A stretch of DNA of 64,000 nt from a virus, in IMG/VR virus record IMGVR_UViG_3300042516_005163, positions 1 through 64,000 of that record. One strand, written 5' to 3'. The notes beneath the pieces were generated by a model. That model was not told the origin of the DNA and ran no database searches. It saw only the letters and a program-made list of their open reading frames with translations. The position numbers and the translations under genes are program-made. How positions within the stretch are numbered: the stretch's first letter is position 1; each line of letters begins with the position of its first letter. This document shows positions 10,793 through 21,633 of the stretch, piece by piece.

Positions 10793-11355
10793 GTAACATA
10801 CAAACTGTGCTTAACAAGACACGTAAAGATAAGTTTTTGCTTACCTTTTCGCTGCCAAATGCACTGAAAAAAATTAATTCCCCCACTCGAGATAATAAAA
10901 ATATCAATCAAGATACGATGCAATTTTCTATATTTGGGACAATTGTACCGAAAGTTGAAAAACCTTCTGTTGAAATAAGATATGCAGGTAACACGCTGTT
11001 TAATTCTGCGCACTCAATTAACCCATTTCCTCCAATTGATGTAAAATTTACAGTTGATAACAGATATAACAACTATTGGGTAATATATCAATGGTTAAAC
11101 TTGTTACAAGACGAAAAAACAGGCATTTATGATCAACGTAATCTATCAGATCCTGATAATTTTCAGGATTATCAAACAGAATTCATAATTACTGCTCTGG
11201 ATGAATATGATAATAAAGTAGCCACATTTACATATACTAAAGCTTTTCCAGTTGCGTTAGGGGAATTAGGATATGACTACCGCAGTGGTGAAGAAATGGA
11301 GTGTAATTTCTCTTTTGTATTCTCACAACTACGTATAAATTTAATCAATACGTAA
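10789..11355 (+). CDS. Tail-tube-fold protein (tail completion/terminator, gp3/gp19-like)
   Basis: FTVDNRYNNYWVIYQWL and FTYTKAFPVALGEL.YDY are typical of the T4 tail-tube fold. Lies directly before the sheath gene. Confidence 0.65.
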   Translation: MSNIQTVLNKTRKDKFLLTFSLPNALKKINSPTRDNKNINQDTMQFSIFGTIVPKVEKPSVEIRYAGNTLFNSAHSINPFPPIDVKFTVDNRYNNYWVIYQWLNLLQDEKTGIYDQRNLSDPDNFQDYQTEFIITALDEYDNKVATFTYTKAFPVALGELGYDYRSGEEMECNFSFVFSQLRINLINT

Positions 11356-11375
11356 AAAACATAGTTGAAAAATAA

Positions 11376-11381
11376 TAAATA
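11376..11381 (+). promoter_or_regulatory. Late-type promoter core TAAATA 5 nt upstream of the tail sheath ATG (one of about 30 such sites)
   Basis: AATAAATATTGATATG resembles the T4 gp55-dependent TATAAATA late promoter. No Shine-Dalgarno. Confidence 0.7.
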
Positions 11382-11386
11382 TTGAT

Positions 11387-13747
11387 ATGGCAACAAGAAG
11401 AACTATCCAATCACCAGGTGTTGAAATTAGGGAATTTGATTTATCTGAAAGACCCGCAATACCTCTCGGTACTAGTGTTTATATTACAGGTTTCGCAAAT
11501 CAAGGTCCAACTGACGAAGTTACAGAAATTTCTAACTTAGGGGATTTTGAACTCATCTACGGTAAACCAACAAATGCAGCCGAACGTTACTTTTACCACA
11601 CTGTAAGAGCGTCATTCCAAAATAGAAATACCCGTGTGAACGTTAATCGCTTACCATATGGTGTAGCAAATGGTACAGGATTTGGTAGCTTTTATACAGC
11701 TCTTGTATTCCCAGCTCAATTTTATAATGCTAACACCAACACTTTAACATCAAATCTTGATGGTCTTTCTGGTGTCTATTTTTTAGGTAGGCCAAAGCAA
11801 TTCTCACTTACAAAAGATCAGTATCAATCAATTGTTGATGGTACAGGTTTTACTTGGTCCAAGACTGCATCAGCAGTTTCACAAATTGCAGGTGTTGCTA
11901 ATTTCGGTAATGCGGGTGCAATTATTGTTAATAAAGGTCAAACAACCATTGATCAAGGCTTTAAAGGCTATTATGTAAGCATGGTTGATAACGTTGACGC
12001 TGATAACATTGGTTCTAGCTTCAATAAGATTCAAACAGCCCTTACAGTTTCACAGACTGCAGTAGGTGGTTTAACAAACTACACAACAATTCCAGGGAGC
12101 GTATTAACATTTAGCCTTACAAGTGCTGCTGGTAATACATCCGATTCACTTTCATATGTGATGGAAACAGCATCAAGAGGTTATATCATTGGTAATGATA
12201 ACCAATTTGATGACGTACTCAATCTTGGTGTGTTTAAGCTTAATAGCAGCGTGTTCCTTGACGACCCTAACAAGCTTGTATATCTTCCCCAAGAACTTTA
12301 CACTGGTTCGTTTACCGATCCATTTAGACAATTCGCTCCAGCAAATGGTGGCGCACCAGTAACATATTCATTACAGAATATTATTGCTGATAGAAGTGCA
12401 AATATTTCATTGCTTGTTAACCCATATATTACCAACCAAGCTCTTGATAGCATTGGTAAAGGTACATCATATGATTCTAATAGCTCGGTTAAGACACTTA
12501 AGAAGATAAGAACAGTTAACAACAACATGATTTCTAACTACACAACTTTATCAAGTTTTGTTGGTTATGAAATACCACAAGTAACAATCAATTCTACTGT
12601 TAGTGCATTAGGTTATGTAGATTCACTTCTACCACTTGGTACATATTCACCAACCGGTCCACAAAACGACAAGGTAGTTGGTAATGTGGTTGATAAACTT
12701 AATAGATCGATGGCAAAGATCAAAGACGATGAACTTTATAATATTGATATGGTTCTCGAAGGTGGTCTTGGTACAATCTACTCATTCACACAAGTAACTG
12801 GATTGTCATCATATGATGATACAACCAATAATCAAACATGGAATGCAGCATTAACTAGTATTCAACGTACATCAAATGTAACAGGTACTGACTTACAAAC
12901 CTATTATAATGCTGTTGTTAATGAATTCCTTGGTGTTGCAACAACATATCAACAAGGTGGTCGTGGCGATACATTCTTTATTGCAGATCCAATTAGACAT
13001 CTCTTTGTACAAGGTGCTAATACTAAAGTATCTGAAGGTAATTCATTCGTCTTTTCACGAGACATTTACTGGGCATTAAGAAACCTTTATAATAGCGTTG
13101 ATACCTCATATGCTGCTGCATATGCTAACTGGGTTGCAGTTATCGATAGTGTAACAAACGTTAAGACATGGGTACCATCATCAGGTTTCGTTGCAGCTCG
13201 TATGGTAGCAACAGATGATCTTATCGGTCCATGGATTGCACCAGCTGGTTTCAATCGAGGTATTATTCAAGGTATTGTTGATATTGCATTCTCACCAAAT
13301 CAACGTCAACGTGATGACCTCTATAAGGCAAGAATGAACCCAATTGCACAATTCCCAGGTCAGGGTAATGTGATTTTCGGTCAGAAAACACTTCAAACCA
13401 AGCCAAGTGCCTTTGATAGAGTAAATGTACGTCGTGGTTTCCTTTACTACGAAAAAGCAGTGAAACAAACAATGAAGTTCTTCGTGTTTGAACCTAACAC
13501 TGAATTTACTCGTAACAGAGTGTTAGCTACACTTAACCCATTCTTTGAAAGAATTAGAGCTGCAGAAGGTGTTTATGACTTCTTAGTTGTATGCGACGAC
13601 CGCAATAATACACCAGATACAATTGATGAAAATGAACTTATCATTGACATCTATCTCAAACCAGTTCGTGCTGCAGAGTTCATTCTTGTTAACTTCTACG
13701 CTACAAGAACCAGTGCAAACTTTGAAGAATTGGTAGCAAGAGCGTAA
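11387..13747 (+). CDS. gp18: Contractile tail sheath protein (T4 gp18-like)
   Basis: SPGVEIREFDLS N-terminus. C-terminal PWIAPAGFNRG, NPI..FPGQG.VIFGQKTL, AFDRVNVRR, FEPNTEFTR and PVRAAEFILVNF. Confidence 0.95.
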   Translation: MATRRTIQSPGVEIREFDLSERPAIPLGTSVYITGFANQGPTDEVTEISNLGDFELIYGKPTNAAERYFYHTVRASFQNRNTRVNVNRLPYGVANGTGFGSFYTALVFPAQFYNANTNTLTSNLDGLSGVYFLGRPKQFSLTKDQYQSIVDGTGFTWSKTASAVSQIAGVANFGNAGAIIVNKGQTTIDQGFKGYYVSMVDNVDADNIGSSFNKIQTALTVSQTAVGGLTNYTTIPGSVLTFSLTSAAGNTSDSLSYVMETASRGYIIGNDNQFDDVLNLGVFKLNSSVFLDDPNKLVYLPQELYTGSFTDPFRQFAPANGGAPVTYSLQNIIADRSANISLLVNPYITNQALDSIGKGTSYDSNSSVKTLKKIRTVNNNMISNYTTLSSFVGYEIPQVTINSTVSALGYVDSLLPLGTYSPTGPQNDKVVGNVVDKLNRSMAKIKDDELYNIDMVLEGGLGTIYSFTQVTGLSSYDDTTNNQTWNAALTSIQRTSNVTGTDLQTYYNAVVNEFLGVATTYQQGGRGDTFFIADPIRHLFVQGANTKVSEGNSFVFSRDIYWALRNLYNSVDTSYAAAYANWVAVIDSVTNVKTWVPSSGFVAARMVATDDLIGPWIAPAGFNRGIIQGIVDIAFSPNQRQRDDLYKARMNPIAQFPGQGNVIFGQKTLQTKPSAFDRVNVRRGFLYYEKAVKQTMKFFVFEPNTEFTRNRVLATLNPFFERIRAAEGVYDFLVVCDDRNNTPDTIDENELIIDIYLKPVRAAEFILVNFYATRTSANFEELVARA

Positions 13748-13773
13748 TATAACAACTAACATAAATAATTCAT

Positions 13774-14358
13774 ATGGCATCAATCAATCAAAATATTCAA
13801 ACGTTTTACACACAAGCCGCTAATAAGGATTTCTCAAGAGATTTCCTTTTCAGGGTTGTAAGAATGCAAGGTGTTGGCTTACCAGACCTCAGAGATGAGG
13901 ATCTTGTATATGCTAAGGCTGCACAATTACCTGGTAGAACGATTGAAAATGTTAATGCATCATACATGGGCTTAAAGTTCAATGTACCTGGAGCTGCTAC
14001 TTATGATGCATCAGATTCATATGACATAACATTTTATCTTGATGCAAGCCAAGAAGACTTAAGAACTAAGTTTGAAATTGCATCAAGAGAAATTTTTAAT
14101 GATGGTCAAAGTACAGGTAATTATTTGATTCCAGGTGTTGAAAACCTTATTGTACTCACACAGTTAAATAAGGACCTCACACCACTTGGTAATTATTACA
14201 ATCTTATCGGTGCGCAACTTCGTAAGATTGGTTCTCTTGATTATAAAATAGCTGAAGGCAAAGGTGAATTAATGGAACTCAAAACTACCATGTCATATCA
14301 TTATTATACCGTTGGTGCTATTGGTCAGGCTCTTCAACAGCCACTTGGGTCGAATTGA
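13774..14358 (+). CDS. gp19: Tail tube protein (T4 gp19-like)
   Basis: Follows the sheath gene. Contains YAKAAQLPGRTIE..YMGLKFNVPG..YDITF. 194 aa. Confidence 0.8.
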   Translation: MASINQNIQTFYTQAANKDFSRDFLFRVVRMQGVGLPDLRDEDLVYAKAAQLPGRTIENVNASYMGLKFNVPGAATYDASDSYDITFYLDASQEDLRTKFEIASREIFNDGQSTGNYLIPGVENLIVLTQLNKDLTPLGNYYNLIGAQLRKIGSLDYKIAEGKGELMELKTTMSYHYYTVGAIGQALQQPLGSN

Positions 14359-14364
14359 TAGAGC

Positions 14365-14372
14365 TATAAATA
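14365..14372 (+). promoter_or_regulatory. Perfect T4-type late promoter TATAAATA, 5 nt before GTG 14378
   Basis: GCTATAAATAATTAGGTG. Confidence 0.7.
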
Positions 14373-14377
14373 ATTAG

Positions 14378-15481
14378 GTGCCAAACACCACTTTACAGTT
14401 CCTTAATTATATTTCTGGACCATGGGATCAAAGTATCCCGCTACGCACTTTATGGACATTACAGTTCGATAATTTGCCTAGAGTAATGGCTGGTGTTGAT
14501 TTTATACTTGGTAATACAGAACGAACAAACTCAAGTGTTAGTAGATTTCCTATTAATTTCCGTATAAGCAATTCAATATACGGAAATTCTACTGTACCAA
14601 CATTATTAGCACAAAAAATAGAATTTCCAAATGATTCGGTTGGTACTAGTTATACAGAAAACGAGAATATGGGTGGTTTGATTGGGGGTTATTATGCAAG
14701 ACAACGTGAACCGTATAATTCTATAACTGTAAATTTCTTAGAAACTAATAAAGATATTATTGACTTTATTATGAGACCTTGGGTGATAGCTGTATCACAT
14801 AAAGGGTTAATAGAAGATGGTGAAACGTTTATTAAAACCGATATAATAGCTAATATGTACTCTAAATTTAGTGAAAATAACTGGGCTTTACGTAAAACGG
14901 TGGTTTTTGAAGGAGCAGCTCCAGTGACAGTTCCAGGTGATAATTTGAACTATGAAAGTAGTGACAATAGTAATATAATTAAACCTTGCACATTTACATA
15001 TAAACGTTACTATATTACAGATGGAACTAAATCTACTAGTGGTGTTGGTAGTACAGATGTTGGGGGAGCTCTAGCAGCTGAAGCAAATGTAGGAGCAGCA
15101 GGTATTGATACCCAAGGTGCTGGTGCTACTACTAGCACAACCAGACAACCACAACCAACACCAGTAACTACACCTGCAGGTACCACAACCGCAGCACCAT
15201 TTAGATCACTACCAGATGCATCAAAACCACAGCAACCAGATCAAAAAATGAAAGATTTGGTAGCTACAAATCGTTTTAATCGATCAGCTCAAAATCCAAA
15301 TAGTGTGTTTAATACACCAACCACACAAGGAATCACCACCCCCACTCCTGGTCCAGCTCAACAAACTTTAAACAATGCACTAAATCAATTTGCTAACGTG
15401 CCTTTACCTAAAGCTCAACAACCACAACAGCAAACCCTTACAAGAAGCCAAGCAATTGATTTTTTAAATACGTTAAAGTAA
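14378..15481 (+). CDS. Tail-tube-fold baseplate/tube junction protein (gp54-like) with P/Q/T-rich C-terminal tail
   Basis: ITVNFLETN..FIMRPW and FEGAAPVTV...FTYKRY fit the tube fold. The C-terminus is low-complexity. Confidence 0.55.
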   Translation: MPNTTLQFLNYISGPWDQSIPLRTLWTLQFDNLPRVMAGVDFILGNTERTNSSVSRFPINFRISNSIYGNSTVPTLLAQKIEFPNDSVGTSYTENENMGGLIGGYYARQREPYNSITVNFLETNKDIIDFIMRPWVIAVSHKGLIEDGETFIKTDIIANMYSKFSENNWALRKTVVFEGAAPVTVPGDNLNYESSDNSNIIKPCTFTYKRYYITDGTKSTSGVGSTDVGGALAAEANVGAAGIDTQGAGATTSTTRQPQPTPVTTPAGTTTAAPFRSLPDASKPQQPDQKMKDLVATNRFNRSAQNPNSVFNTPTTQGITTPTPGPAQQTLNNALNQFANVPLPKAQQPQQQTLTRSQAIDFLNTLK

Positions 15482-15491
15482 ATAAAAGACA

Positions 15492-16322
15492 ATGTTTGAT
15501 TTTCCATTAATATTACCATCGGGTAATAAGGTAAGAATACCTGAAATAACCAATCAAGACGTTTATGCATTAATGAAGTTTTGTGTATTCAATGATATTG
15601 AAGGTTTTGAAAAATATGTTAATAGAATTATATTCGACCATTTACCATCATTAACTATAATTGATAAATTTTATATCTTATTATTTTTACGGGTAATATA
15701 TTTGGGTGAAGAAGTCACATTTAATTTAAAAGAATCTTTTACCGATAAATTAAATGTATCTTTAAGTGTAATCTTAGAAAAATTTGAACAACTTACACCA
15801 CCTACAAATGAAGTAATAGCAATTGATAATTTTAAAGTAGAATTAGGTATACCTATACAACTTTATTTTAACACTATTGATGAACTATATTTTAGTTTAA
15901 TTAGATCCGTTACATATAATGGTTCAAAAATTGACTTCAACACAATTACAGAAGAGGAAAAACAAAAGATTTACGAACTGTTACCACCGAAATTTATTAA
16001 CGAGCTACAACGTTTTTATACAACTCTTATCAACACTTTAGGTAATTTAGTTGTTTTTGAGGAAAATAAAACGTTTAACGTTAACGAAATCAGTGTAAAT
16101 TTCCTTTCAAACCAGCCATGCTATTTTATAAAACAACTCTATTCACAGGATATTAATTCATTTTTAGAGTTTATGTATCAATTTGTTAACAAAGTTGGTG
16201 GATCGTTTAGTGATTTCCTTAAGTTGAGTATTAATGATTGTAAGATTATATTTAACTTTTACGTTGATGAGGTTAAAAAGCAGAATGAGGAGTTGAAAAA
16301 ACAGAACCCAAAATTTAAATAA
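15492..16322 (+). CDS. Baseplate hub assembly protein (gp26-like)
   Basis: LILPSGNKVRI, LTIIDKFYILLFLR and IYELLP resemble the gp26 family. Lies between the tube and tape-measure genes. Confidence 0.55.
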   Translation: MFDFPLILPSGNKVRIPEITNQDVYALMKFCVFNDIEGFEKYVNRIIFDHLPSLTIIDKFYILLFLRVIYLGEEVTFNLKESFTDKLNVSLSVILEKFEQLTPPTNEVIAIDNFKVELGIPIQLYFNTIDELYFSLIRSVTYNGSKIDFNTITEEEKQKIYELLPPKFINELQRFYTTLINTLGNLVVFEENKTFNVNEISVNFLSNQPCYFIKQLYSQDINSFLEFMYQFVNKVGGSFSDFLKLSINDCKIIFNFYVDEVKKQNEELKKQNPKFK

Positions 16323-16327
16323 ACAAA

Positions 16328-17065
16328 ATGTCTAACGTAACCAATTTTATTGAAAAATTAACTGAAGCAAGAGAACAAGAGTTAATTTCTGTTTATATTC
16401 CATCAATTGATAAGCCTGTTAATTTTTATCCTCTTAATGTTAAACAACAAAAATTACTATTAAGACATTCGATCGATGGTGCATCTGGTATGATTAGCAT
16501 TCTAAAGGAAATGAATAACATTATTCTTGAGAACGCTACCGACAAAACTATTAATTTCCTTACTGTTGATAAATACCCGGTGTTGTTAGCACTAAGACAA
16601 CAAGCTATAGGAAATGAAATTACCATTAATGGTAAGCAATATAATATTAGTGAATTATCTACACCTACTAAGCTGGAACAAAAATATATTTCCAAAACTA
16701 TTGACTATAAACAGTTCAAAGTTACGTTAGACCTACCGACCCTGTTACAAGATAATAACTTCTTAGTCAAAACAATCTCTGAAACGGCAAAGTTAGGAGA
16801 AGACAAGGTTAAAGAGACACTTACAACAATGTATGTATATGAAATTGCTAAGTTTATCACAACAATTTCATTTGGTGATATCGTTGTAGATTTTAATGTT
16901 ATTTCTATAACGGATAAAAAACAAGTTGTTGAGAGTTTACCAATGAAACTCAATCAAAAAATTCTTAACTTTATTTCCGATGTACGTGAATTAGAAAATA
17001 AATTTATTACGTTTGCTGATAATACTATTATACCTATTAATACGCTATTCCTATCTACCCAATAA
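16328..17065 (+). CDS. Baseplate hub assembly protein (second gp26-like paralogue)
   Basis: VYIPS..VNFYPLNVKQQKLLL, LTVDKYPVLLALRQQAIG and VVESLP. Confidence 0.6.
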   Translation: MSNVTNFIEKLTEAREQELISVYIPSIDKPVNFYPLNVKQQKLLLRHSIDGASGMISILKEMNNIILENATDKTINFLTVDKYPVLLALRQQAIGNEITINGKQYNISELSTPTKLEQKYISKTIDYKQFKVTLDLPTLLQDNNFLVKTISETAKLGEDKVKETLTTMYVYEIAKFITTISFGDIVVDFNVISITDKKQVVESLPMKLNQKILNFISDVRELENKFITFADNTIIPINTLFLSTQ

Positions 17066-17077
17066 ATAATTGGATAG

Positions 17078-18580
17078 ATGGCTAACCTAGAATCAGTAGC
17101 TTTACTCCAATTAATTGACGTTCTCAAGAAATTAACTGAGCGGGTAGGAGTACCTGTTTCACCAACTAGTGGTAAACAAAATCCGTTAGTGGTATCACCT
17201 TCAGATGATGCAGAGCGTGCAAAAATTTGGGGTGAAACATTAGAAATTGGTAAGTTTAGTAAAACCACCACTTCAACTACATCACTTACTAATAACCCAT
17301 TTGGTATTCTTGGTATTGATAGTAAACAATTAGTAAATTTATCAAAAGATTTAGGCGTTTCGGTGGAAGGGTTGTTAATGTTTAAAAATTTAGATTGGGA
17401 GATGATATCTGTAGCTGCAGAATATTTAGACGATTTTCTTTTAGATTTAACTCTAATGGAAGATAAAATTATTAAGTCTGTTACGATTGCTAATATGTTG
17501 AAAACAGTTGCAGCAGGTCTATCAGAAATTGGTATTTTTGGTGCTGCAGCTACGGTAGCAGCTTGGACTATAATAGCTGGTGCTTTAATACCCATTGGTG
17601 CTGTTATGGCAGCACTTGCGTTTATAGCTCCATTTGCACCTGTTATAGAAGCTGGTCTTTTAACTGTTCAAACCGTTATAGGTGCATTAATGTTGAATGC
17701 AGCTTTAGGTATAGCATTAATTGCTGGTATAGGATTAGCTTTTATACCTCTTGCATATGGATTATCTAAACTAGCAGAAATTGAATGGGAAACACTTGGT
17801 AAAGCAGGTGCGGTACTTGGTGTATTATTAGGGGTTATAATTGGATTGGGTGTACCAGCTGTAGCAGCGTTAGCTGGTCTTGGTGTGGGTGTAATGTTGG
17901 GAATTGCAGCTGGGTTAGGAGCTTTCGGGTTAGCTGTTAGTTATATTTCATCCCTTAATTTTGAAAAATTACCAGAAATTGGCACAAATATTGGTAAATT
18001 TTTAAAAAATATAGTTAGTGGTGAAGGTGAAGGCTTTTCTGGATTTGTTTCAGATTTGTGGAGTGGTGGTAAACTTGCAGGGTTAGGTCCAATATTATTA
18101 GCTGTTAGTGCTGGTGTTGCAGCTTTAGGTGCATCAATTAATAGCGTGGTTCCAAATGTAGATAAATTTACAAATTTTATTACTAGTTTTGTTAATGTTG
18201 ATCTTGGTAAAATAATTAGTGTAAGTGATCAAATGACTGCTAGCTTTGATAATATTAGTAGAAGTATTCAAAACGTGGGTGAATCTATTGACCAAGTGAG
18301 TTTTTCTAAATTAGCTTTATTAGCAACAAATTTAGGTAAAGTTGCTGTAAGTGTAAATGCATTTAGTCCTGAAATGACAAAAACAAACGCTATTCTTACA
18401 GAACAACTTTTGATACAAAAACAACAGCTAGTTGAATTACAAAATCAAAGCGGGTTGCTTAAAAATCTTAAAGTAGGTGGTGGAAGCGTATCATCAGCTA
18501 ATAGTATGGGAAAGAGCATGTTAGGTGATTTCACTGATACAAGACAATCTTTTAGAGAATCCGCCTATTACACCAAATAA
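17078..18580 (+). CDS. Probable tape-measure / hub protein
   Basis: 500 aa, helical A/G/L-rich hydrophobic core, located after the hub assembly genes. Confidence 0.6.
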   Translation: MANLESVALLQLIDVLKKLTERVGVPVSPTSGKQNPLVVSPSDDAERAKIWGETLEIGKFSKTTTSTTSLTNNPFGILGIDSKQLVNLSKDLGVSVEGLLMFKNLDWEMISVAAEYLDDFLLDLTLMEDKIIKSVTIANMLKTVAAGLSEIGIFGAAATVAAWTIIAGALIPIGAVMAALAFIAPFAPVIEAGLLTVQTVIGALMLNAALGIALIAGIGLAFIPLAYGLSKLAEIEWETLGKAGAVLGVLLGVIIGLGVPAVAALAGLGVGVMLGIAAGLGAFGLAVSYISSLNFEKLPEIGTNIGKFLKNIVSGEGEGFSGFVSDLWSGGKLAGLGPILLAVSAGVAALGASINSVVPNVDKFTNFITSFVNVDLGKIISVSDQMTASFDNISRSIQNVGESIDQVSFSKLALLATNLGKVAVSVNAFSPEMTKTNAILTEQLLIQKQQLVELQNQSGLLKNLKVGGGSVSSANSMGKSMLGDFTDTRQSFRESAYYTK

Positions 18581-18604
18581 CAAACCTGTTATTAAATATT
18601 TTAA

Positions 18605-19846
18605 ATGGCTAATTTTTTTACACTTCAAAAAGACACTGAGAGTGGTGTCACATTACCAGGTGGTTCTGGCCCTGTAGGGTTGCTTGGCGACGTTTATAGT
18701 GCAGATCCAGTTAATAATGGTATTGTAAGTGTTATTAGTAATATGAGATTTACTGGTAGTGACTTAACCACATATCAAAAATCTAGAATACCATTTTGTT
18801 TATTAAACGAATATGAGTTAATAACCAACTCAGCTGTTAGTTCACTTCTATATACATTACAAGGTGTAACCGGTGGTACGGGAGTTGCTCGTGCTGGTGG
18901 TAACGTGGTAAATACCATAAACACTTTAATAAAGCCAAGTGGTCCTCCTGCAGATTTAAGTACACAAGGGGGTATTAGTAATGGTCTTGACGCATTAGGG
19001 TTTACCGGTGTTGCAGAATTTACTAGAAATGCAGGTCAAACAATTTCAGATTTCACCACACAGCTTGCTGCAGCATTACAAAGTGGTTTGAATGCTGTTG
19101 AAGAAGTGTTAAAAACGAGCCGTGAACAAACAGGGTCAATAAAACCATACCAAAATTTATATGTAACCAAACCGACTGGGTTTCATTATACTTTTCCATA
19201 TTATAGTAATAGTAAAAAAAATATAACATCAAATTTTAGTGTTACAGAAGCTGGATTACTTAATAACCCAATTATTAACACAGGAAGCAAGTTTATAACG
19301 TCAGGTATTGAAAAATTTGCACAGGTTGCTTTATTTACTGCACCTGGTGTATATATTGAACGGCCAAAATTTTATAATCTTGCTGATAGTGGTCCTGCAT
19401 ATGATATTAAATTTAGTTTAATTAATACGTTTGATGTAAGAGACATACAACGTCATTATGACTTTTTGTTTTTATTAACATTTCAAAATCTACCATATAG
19501 AAAAGATATAGCAAGGGTAAAATTACCACGAATTTATTCTTTTATATTACCTGGTGAGATTTTTTTACCATATGCTTATATTAGTAATATGACTGTCGAT
19601 TTTGAGGGAAATCGACGTCTTATACGGTTAACACATCCACTTGGTAACGTAGTCGAAAGTATTGTACCTGATGTTTATAATGTAACTATAACAGTTACAA
19701 GTTTAAATCCTGATGCTGGTAACTTTATGGTAGCAGATAAACTATTGAATATTAAATCATTTTTTGCTGACGATGGACCAGTTACGCAACCTGGATCTAT
19801 AGTACCCGCACAAGTGGGATCAGCAATCCCGGCTTCCGCCGCATAA
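18605..19846 (+). CDS. Baseplate tail-tube cap-like protein (gp48-like)
   Basis: YDIKFSLINT, LPRIYSFILPG..PYAYISNMTVDFEG and PDVYNVTITVTSL fit a tube-cap fold. Confidence 0.5.
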   Translation: MANFFTLQKDTESGVTLPGGSGPVGLLGDVYSADPVNNGIVSVISNMRFTGSDLTTYQKSRIPFCLLNEYELITNSAVSSLLYTLQGVTGGTGVARAGGNVVNTINTLIKPSGPPADLSTQGGISNGLDALGFTGVAEFTRNAGQTISDFTTQLAAALQSGLNAVEEVLKTSREQTGSIKPYQNLYVTKPTGFHYTFPYYSNSKKNITSNFSVTEAGLLNNPIINTGSKFITSGIEKFAQVALFTAPGVYIERPKFYNLADSGPAYDIKFSLINTFDVRDIQRHYDFLFLLTFQNLPYRKDIARVKLPRIYSFILPGEIFLPYAYISNMTVDFEGNRRLIRLTHPLGNVVESIVPDVYNVTITVTSLNPDAGNFMVADKLLNIKSFFADDGPVTQPGSIVPAQVGSAIPASAA

Positions 19847-19852
19847 TTACAT

Positions 19853-20221
19853 ATGACACCGCAACTTAAAAACAATGAAATTTTAAACTTACCGAAGATA
19901 CCATCTACAAGGTATGAAAATATTTTTAATGTTTATACGTTTGTAAAACAAGATAAAGATTTTTATTTTTATAATCTTAATAATAAGGTGCAATTACCAG
20001 TAAATGTTGATAGTAATTATTTGAATACTATAGTTTTGGATCGTACATTACCATGGACCACCCTAGCCTATAGGGTGTATGGTGATATGAATTTATGGTT
20101 TATTCTATATATTATGAATAAACAAAGTTCTACACCATCATTCACTGCTAATATTGGTGATTCATTAATTTATATAAAACCAGAGTTTATTAGCGCAGTA
20201 TTAAGTAAATTAAATGAGTGA
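19853..20221 (+). CDS. Baseplate wedge protein, LysM-like (gp53-like)
   Basis: WTTLAYRVYGDMNLWFILYIMN motif. Confidence 0.75.
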   Translation: MTPQLKNNEILNLPKIPSTRYENIFNVYTFVKQDKDFYFYNLNNKVQLPVNVDSNYLNTIVLDRTLPWTTLAYRVYGDMNLWFILYIMNKQSSTPSFTANIGDSLIYIKPEFISAVLSKLNE

Positions 20222-21629
20222 GGTTGTCAAATTTAATAATAGAAATTTTATATTTGAATGCGGTGCTATTAGTAATCGCATCACTAATAATTCTCCGGAT
20301 CCAAAAATTATACCAATAAGTTTTAACACTATTGGTGAAATAGTGGTCAATGATTCATTATTTGATCCATTTTTAGATGCAACGGTAACATTAAAAACAA
20401 CAAATAATGGGCTTGAGGCTACACCGTTATTGAACTTCGAGTTTTTTGCTAATAACAACAATACTATTTCTTTAAAAATTGAACCTGAAGATACAGCGAC
20501 TTTAGAAGGTGATGTGAAAAACCACAATATTGTCGGGTTTCGTGGTATAATTTGTCATAGTGATGCGTATGGTCCTGATACTAGTGTAGGTCAATTACAT
20601 TTTTTTAAACTTACAGATTTTAGAGAAGCAATACTAAGACAAACAAAACTTGCTGCAATTCAAATACCTAAAGTTGACGAAAATTATAATATTTCTCAAA
20701 ATATTGATAATATAACTCGTAAAGTTTTAAACATAGGTGTTAACGCTGGTGATGAACAAAGTTCTAATTATATTGCTGAAAATGATACAGGGGGTATAAA
20801 ATTTGATTATGTTTACCCTAACCATTTTAATGCTTTTGATGCTATTAACTTTTTAATCCCATATAATATAACTGATGTAGGTGAATTACCTATCCAAAAT
20901 ATTTTTAAATATAACTATACTTTTGATATCTTTGGATCTATACCCATCACACAAGTATTTCAAAATCCATATTCAGGCGAGTCAAATTTAGAAACATTTA
21001 TTATCGGTGAAGATCAAATTGAAACTAATTCTGCACTTAATACAAATGAAGCTCCGCGCGGCCCTAATTCAACCATATTATTACCAGATAATAAAATTAA
21101 TAACATAGCTTACAATAATATACACTTTGACGTTGCAAACAATGATTTATTACCAATTTGTGTTATGAACACAGTTAACCCACTTAATGTGGTGAGTATG
21201 GTGTATATAGACTTAGAAGAGCAAATTAAATTGTTTGATAAAAATATTATTAAAGATAACCTAGCTCAATTATATGGGCGTGATGTTAAACTTAATATTG
21301 ATATTGATCAATCAAAAACCGGTAAACAAAACTACAAAATTTTTAATACAAATTTTAATATAGATACTGCAGTAAAAGTTGCAAAAGCTCAATTATATAA
21401 CTCATTTATCTTTCAAAACATGTATATGACTATCACCACAAAAGGTCAACCATATAGAGAGCCAGGCAAATTTATAAACATCAATAAACAACAAAATTTA
21501 AACACCGGCAGCGCTGCAGATCGTAAATTAATTGGTCAGTGGCTCGTAACTGAAGTTAAACATATATTTACAGGTAATGGTACATATACAAATGTCATTC
21601 AATGTGTAAAACCCTTCGTAAATAAATAA
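20214..21629 (+). CDS. Baseplate hub protein (gp27/GpD-like)
   Basis: C-terminal G.PYREPGKFINI...LIGQWLVTEVKHIF...YTNVIQCVK. Confidence 0.65.
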   Translation: MSEVVKFNNRNFIFECGAISNRITNNSPDPKIIPISFNTIGEIVVNDSLFDPFLDATVTLKTTNNGLEATPLLNFEFFANNNNTISLKIEPEDTATLEGDVKNHNIVGFRGIICHSDAYGPDTSVGQLHFFKLTDFREAILRQTKLAAIQIPKVDENYNISQNIDNITRKVLNIGVNAGDEQSSNYIAENDTGGIKFDYVYPNHFNAFDAINFLIPYNITDVGELPIQNIFKYNYTFDIFGSIPITQVFQNPYSGESNLETFIIGEDQIETNSALNTNEAPRGPNSTILLPDNKINNIAYNNIHFDVANNDLLPICVMNTVNPLNVVSMVYIDLEEQIKLFDKNIIKDNLAQLYGRDVKLNIDIDQSKTGKQNYKIFNTNFNIDTAVKVAKAQLYNSFIFQNMYMTITTKGQPYREPGKFININKQQNLNTGSAADRKLIGQWLVTEVKHIFTGNGTYTNVIQCVKPFVNK

Positions 21630-21633
21630 TTTT

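Noticed and set aside
15492-17065. Programmed frameshift between the two genes upstream of the tape measure (lambda G/GT style)
   Set aside because: Each has its own ATG and TAAATA motif, and they look like full-length paralogues, so no frameshift is needed.
16954-17595. 213-aa minus-strand ORF and similar shadow ORFs (e.g. 8264..8614, 44845..45288, 54521..54949, 62519..62971)
   Set aside because: They are antisense to well-supported genes, show no recognisable motifs or promoter, and are explained by the codon bias of the real strand.
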